DNA from: a virus
Length of the DNA: 64,000 bases
Virus record (IMG/VR): IMGVR_UViG_3300046820_002568
Coordinates: 1 to 64,000 of that record
Direction: 5' to 3' (one strand)
The position numbers and the translations under genes were made by a program. The notes beneath the pieces were generated by a model. That model was not told the DNA's origin. It made no database searches and saw only the letters and a list, made by a program, of their open reading frames with translations. Shown piece after piece: positions 60,001 through 64,000 of the stretch. Position 1 is the first letter of the stretch; every line of letters begins with the position of its first letter.

Positions 60001-63000
60001 CCACTACCACTATTTGTTGCGTAAAATCCTATTGTGAACGGGTAACCACCATACTTAACATTTGAACATTGCATGATGATATTTGCCCCACCATATGCAA
60101 CAACTTTTGCGTGAGTGTAGTTTGTTCCAAATCTAACATTTTCAACATAAGAAATTGCCGAAGATTGTGGTGTTGTTGACGAAGAATATAATACCGCAGA
60201 AACTCCTGTATCGGTACATCCTTGTATTTGACAATCAAAAATTGCCGATTGGTCACTCAAATTAATTAATGTCTGAGATGAATCGTTGGCATTAATAACA
60301 GTTGATATGGAGCTTTCTCCAACAACTGAAACCCAAGAAGGTATTGTAAATGGGTCTTCATTATAAAGACCTCCAGCGACTTTAACTGTATAAGTATTTG
60401 CCGATGTTGCACCTGTAATACTGTTTACAGCGTCTTTTATTGTATTAAAGTCAACATTAGTTGTTGAGCTACCTGTTAAGGCAACTGTTACAGTATTATT
60501 TATAACTACTTGTGGTAGGTTATAATATGTTGTTGCACTCAATGTACCATCTATTCTTGTATTTCCACTAACATCTAAAGCGGCGATTGGTGTTATTGTA
60601 TTTATACCAACTCTTCCATTATTAAATTCACCATAAATTAATGTTGTAGTTGAGTTGTTTGCAATATATAATCTATTGTCTTGAGTTGTTAGTCCTTGAC
60701 CGGCTTGATATCCTAAAACAACATTATAACTTCCAGATGTGACATTACTACCGGCATCTTTACCAATAACAACATTTCCTTGTCCGGCTTGGTTTAAATG
60801 TAAAGTATTTCCACCTATTCCGATGTTATTTAATCCTGTTGTATTGGCAGATAAAGAATTGTACCCTATTGCAATATTATGACTTCCAGTACTTAAAGAA
60901 AGTGGACCACCATTACCAATTGCAATTTCATTCCCACTAGTTCCCCAACCACTCAAATTAGTATCGGTAATCCCTATACTATTACCTGTATAGATAAATT
61001 GTAGACCATTGTTTTCAATAGTTCCTCCAATCACATCATATGTTGTTGCAGATATTGTTGTTGCGGTTATAGTTGTTGTAGATATTGTTGTTGCGGATAT
61101 TGTTGTCGCAAATACTGATGTCCCTGAAAATACACCATCAGCCCTAATAAATGATGTTACAGTTCCTCCTGAATTAAGACCTTGTAATAAACTTGTAACA
61201 TTATCGGCATTACCTGTTCCATTCTTAATAGATAAACCATCTAATGTTGAGTTAATTATAATTTCAGGTTCTGTAGAATTATCGTACGCTTGTTGTAGAG
61301 TTGTTGTTGAGAGTCCGGCAGAACCTCCAATGGCTTCACCAAATTTTGATACATTTGTAAAAATTGCATCATTTATGTTTGTTAAATCGCTAGCGCCATC
61401 TTTAACCGTTAATAAACCAATTAAAATTCCATTTGAAAGATTATTTGGATATGCGACATATTGTTCACTTGGGAGGGCAGCAATTGCTTTTGCAAGTGTT
61501 GGGTAATATTCTTGTCCATATTGAATTCTAACAATCCCTGTTGGAAATAAATAAATTCTTTGGGTAGTGTAGCTACCATTCCCTGGTATATTTGTGACAA
61601 TCCCATTAACATCATAATTAGTGGTGTCAATTGTTGTTGTATTACTAAATGTTCCTCCTGTTTGAGTTCTATATTGGAATGTTGTTGGAGAAGTTCCTGA
61701 TAATACCACATTATTTGGTGATAATTGGTTACTTGACCAGTTAATACCATTTCCCCATAATATACCTGATGATGTATTAATATTTAAATTTGCCCCGTTT
61801 GGTGTTACAATAACACCTTCATTAATTAAATTAAATGATTCCCATAAATCACGAAGAGCGGACATCGGTGATACATCATAATCAACTGTATTGTTAACGT
61901 TTTGTATTGTTGTTCTGTTTGGGTGAACTACTTTACCTATAAAAATATTCTCTCTTCTTTGTTGCGGTGTTGGGTATGTCCCTTGTTGGAAAACGGTTCC
62001 TCCGCTATTAACTAATATATATGTTGAGTCTGAACTTGAAATTCCTGTTATTGGGTATGATGAAGTTCCAGAATATATAACATTTATAACATCAGGTAAT
62101 ATTGCATATTGATAAGTATTCTGAACAATCCATCCCTTCATGGGTGAAATAATAATACTTGTTCCTCCTGTATATGTTAATCCAGTAAAGTCATAAGTAC
62201 CAGTTGATATTACATTACCCTCTAATATATTTCTTTCAATGTCGGTTAATGTTAGGTTTGTATCCTCATTTCTAATACTAACATAAATTTCTCCTGTTGT
62301 AGTCCCTGTCGCTGTGACATAACCAATCTGGTGACTTCTTGAACTAAATTGTAAAGAAGTTGTTCCTGATACATATCCACCAGGGACTGTATCTGATAAA
62401 TAAAGAATTGTACCAATTGGGTAACTAACATTAACCCCCAATAAAATACCCTGATTAATTGCAAGTCCTATTGAACCATTAGGAATATCATTAGCGGCCA
62501 AACCAATAACTTGGTTATTTGTGTTACCCGAAGAAGTTAAAAGAGACGCATTTGGAATCCCGTTTGTTGCACTTTGAATAGCAATTGCCGAGCCTTTTGG
62601 TATTAATGAACCTGTAAAGTTGTTTACTCGAGCATATAATTGTTTACCAATTTTAATTTTAACATTTGGGTCAACAAATGAATAAAATGCAACATCGTTT
62701 GTTAAATTATCATAAAAAAATCTACCTCCAACATTTGATGGATTTGTACTACCTGTATTAAATTGTAAATAATTTCCAATAAATTGAGTCGTTGCCGATA
62801 CCGTATTTGCCGTTAATCCACTTTGGAATATTGTCGCACCTGTTACGGTTCCTCCACTTAATGGTAAGTAATCACCTGTCGTTCCTCCACTTGATGCTGG
62901 TAGATTCAAATAAGTTCCACCTGATACTGTATTAATAACAAATGTTCCACCACTTGTAAGTGTCGCCCAAGTCGTGTTGTTTGTTGTAAAATTTAAAGTA

Positions 63001-63035
63001 TTACCCGAACTATAATATATTCCGTTATTTGCCAT
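57078..63035 (-). CDS. large tail fibre/spike protein, 1985 aa
   Basis: GDYLPLSGGT, NIAIG repeats, two DF.(T/S)IK.AV beta-helix-type starts, AGTNITIS repeat. Confidence 0.75.
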   Translation of the reverse strand: MANNGIYYSSGNTLNFTTNNTTWATLTSGGTFVINTVSGGTYLNLPASSGGTTGDYLPLSGGTVTGATIFQSGLTANTVSATTQFIGNYLQFNTGSTNPSNVGGRFFYDNLTNDVAFYSFVDPNVKIKIGKQLYARVNNFTGSLIPKGSAIAIQSATNGIPNASLLTSSGNTNNQVIGLAANDIPNGSIGLAINQGILLGVNVSYPIGTILYLSDTVPGGYVSGTTSLQFSSRSHQIGYVTATGTTTGEIYVSIRNEDTNLTLTDIERNILEGNVISTGTYDFTGLTYTGGTSIIISPMKGWIVQNTYQYAILPDVINVIYSGTSSYPITGISSSDSTYILVNSGGTVFQQGTYPTPQQRRENIFIGKVVHPNRTTIQNVNNTVDYDVSPMSALRDLWESFNLINEGVIVTPNGANLNINTSSGILWGNGINWSSNQLSPNNVVLSGTSPTTFQYRTQTGGTFSNTTTIDTTNYDVNGIVTNIPGNGSYTTQRIYLFPTGIVRIQYGQEYYPTLAKAIAALPSEQYVAYPNNLSNGILIGLLTVKDGASDLTNINDAIFTNVSKFGEAIGGSAGLSTTTLQQAYDNSTEPEIIINSTLDGLSIKNGTGNADNVTSLLQGLNSGGTVTSFIRADGVFSGTSVFATTISATTISTTTITATTISATTYDVIGGTIENNGLQFIYTGNSIGITDTNLSGWGTSGNEIAIGNGGPLSLSTGSHNIAIGYNSLSANTTGLNNIGIGGNTLHLNQAGQGNVVIGKDAGSNVTSGSYNVVLGYQAGQGLTTQDNRLYIANNSTTTLIYGEFNNGRVGINTITPIAALDVSGNTRIDGTLSATTYYNLPQVVINNTVTVALTGSSTTNVDFNTIKDAVNSITGATSANTYTVKVAGGLYNEDPFTIPSWVSVVGESSISTVINANDSSQTLINLSDQSAIFDCQIQGCTDTGVSAVLYSSSTTPQSSAISYVENVRFGTNYTHAKVVAYGGANIIMQCSNVKYGGYPFTIGFYATNSGSGIGRMQLRNVTSTNGGIVTTTGLIFAKADAASCGFIVNGCLLTKAVGAAAGTGFYVENGGFLRLTAVNFQRWAVGIDAPQIGSAPSIDAIALNFENNTIDVNIAHSGATGKIQGTDNFLKTIINQDSPLYEVNQDPKEITVSKKGGDFTSIKSAVDYLKLSGNTSSSNRYIISVGPGEFTEGEIDLTTTPYVSIVGSNIQTTLIKPSGNTQHIISIGVNNEVSFLTLSGAPSGYAGIYCYDIGDYAQAHKVAFYDCDTNIWVEVDNQDTKFFGEYLDFNGEYTYGTKVVANNGYLAIANMENYYNFPTGTGVTYCNYATGSGATISVFLGDNVSNGVSGTTAYYIQDNAELNASTITCDGFTYGIINPNVGGSVRFDVDNASFVNGEWDLYIESVNTFGTLAGSSNHQKLFTLSSDVYWSILDINDGEFDITRKASVTFADGTHTDFTTLIFEGGSMGVISGGTLSDGGGTTVSVAAGFGYLEKSINDGTVKRIDWSTSTLSLSVNSDLYIYYNENEILSSSGTRPDSSYNILLGRVVTDASSILIIDQSPFNASHTSNRYGSLFREALGPIYAFGSITTEGSTLFTLDVTQGEYYYATNEFTPSGGTGITFTQYYRNGTGSTWITSATTLVNNTQYDNNGTLTGLTSSAYTKHTLYVVGDGVDEQFMLVLGQDEYTTLVEAENALLPTPPSYFIDSVAQVASIYIRQGDSNIIQIEDIRPTVGFRAGGVNASSVHGNLLGLTSDDHLQYLLVDGGRAMSGNLDMGGNNITSAGTINSVTIQTHADRHKFGGADAVGTTTPTANAIPYADVSGKLDSWITPVTISGGTGITTGGTYPNFTITNSAPDQTVTISGGTGITTGGTYPNFTIANSDGGSSQNIFKNIQIDNNTQFSAESNTANLNFSGINITITSAATNTLVFSAGTGGGGGVTQIVAGTNITISPTGGTGSVTINSTGGGSSLGTVYTTANNFNFL
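57396..57539 (-). repeat. perfect 60-bp direct repeat
   Basis: 57396-57455 equals 57480-57539 (VTISGGTGITTGGTYPNFTI). Confidence 0.9.
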
Positions 63036-63038
63036 TTC

Positions 63039-63671
63039 TTAAATTATTTGAACCCATCCACTTGTTTTATAAATATACAAACCTTCATTATCGTCAGTTA
63101 CAAAAAGAATAAGTCCAATAGGCGGAGTTGATATTGCGTCCCTTTGTACCTTTGTCATTCTTGGAAATAAAACACCTTGAGTTGTTGATGCAATTTCTAT
63201 AATTGCTGCGGCATTTGGATTTGATGTTCCAATACCAATTTGACCTGAAGAATAAAATGTATTTGCGGTTAACCCACTTTGGAATATTGTTACTCCTGTT
63301 ACAGTTCCCCCACTTAATGGAAGGTAGTCTCCTGAAGTACCAGTCGATGCGGTTAATACTATGGTAACCGCTCCTGTTGTTGAATTTGCAGATAATCCAT
63401 CACCAACTGTAATACTTGTAACCCCTGAAGATGGAGTTGCTCCTGATACAGGACCCCAATAAGCATAACCCGTTCCATCAGTTAAAAGAGCATAACCATT
63501 TTGTTCAGTTCCATTTGAATATGTAAAACCACTATTAACCGTAAGTCCTGATTGAAAAATAGGATTGACAGGAATTGAACCACCAATTCTATATACTACA
63601 CCAGTAGATAAATCGGATTGTAATACATAATTGTAACTATCCTTTATTAACTGGTTTGAAATATCTGACAT
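63039..63671 (-). CDS. tail-fibre-like protein
   Basis: GDYLPLSGGT module; IGIGT.NP...STTQGVLFPRMT..QRDAI. Confidence 0.7.
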   Translation of the reverse strand: MSDISNQLIKDSYNYVLQSDLSTGVVYRIGGSIPVNPIFQSGLTVNSGFTYSNGTEQNGYALLTDGTGYAYWGPVSGATPSSGVTSITVGDGLSANSTTGAVTIVLTASTGTSGDYLPLSGGTVTGVTIFQSGLTANTFYSSGQIGIGTSNPNAAAIIEIASTTQGVLFPRMTKVQRDAISTPPIGLILFVTDDNEGLYIYKTSGWVQII

Positions 63672-63673
63672 TT

Positions 63674-64000
63674 TGAACTACCCACGAACTAAAGATTCGT
63701 GGGATTCTGAATTATAAATATTCAGAATTTTAGAAGTTTCATCGATTGTGCCGGCTAAAGCTGGTCTTATTTTATCTCCACTTCTGTAATCGTCAGTTCC
63801 TGACGATATAAGTTTATACCCTTCTTTAAGGATGTTTTTACTAGCGTTTAAATCTCTATCTAGTTTTGTATTACAAGATGGACAAGACCATTCACGAATA
63901 CTTAAATCAAGATTTTGATTAATATAACCACAGCAATTGCAAGTTTTACTGGAAGGAAAAAATCTATCAATTTTAACAATTTTTTTGTCATTCCATTCCG
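63674..64000 (-). mobile_element. tnpB: IS200/IS605-family TnpB (3' part) and right end / omegaRNA region
   Basis: Manually translated: ...IDRFFPSSKTCNCCG...REWSCPSC...DRDLNASKNI..., stop at 63678-63680; terminal hairpin CCCACGAA-N7-TTCGTGGG then TAGTTCA. Confidence 0.9.

Overview
AT-rich, gene-dense, mostly minus-strand segment of a large (jumbo-type) tailed phage genome. Recurrent TTTG-N19/20-TAnnTTTG promoters, an Hc1-like histone protein, a Bacteroidetes-type sigma70 and SprB/delta-60/DUF285-like adhesin domains point to a Bacteroidota host. The window holds a tRNA-Met and a ~850-nt GOLLD-like structured RNA behind three tandem promoters and an rrn-like boxB/boxA leader. It also has accessory enzymes (NUDIX, SLT, DHH, Dps-like, two DNA MTases, Trx/Grx, DnaJ), replication/recombination genes (primase, PD-(D/E)XK nuclease, gp46/gp47-like pair, RuvC-like), large virion adhesin/tail genes, and three selfish nucleases (HNH, LAGLIDADG, TnpB), each abutting the start codon of the next gene. 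Best candidate for an undescribed system: the DHH phosphoesterase gene appears to start at 5250 and has an in-frame CTT-TAG-CTT inside its catalytic H-x-D-x-D-G motif. A long multi-branched stem lies just 5' of it and an HNH endonuclease gene directly upstream. This fits a 6-nt programmed ribosomal stop-hop plus homing endonuclease cassette, a miniature analogue of T4 mobA/gene 60. All calls are by eye; no searches were run.
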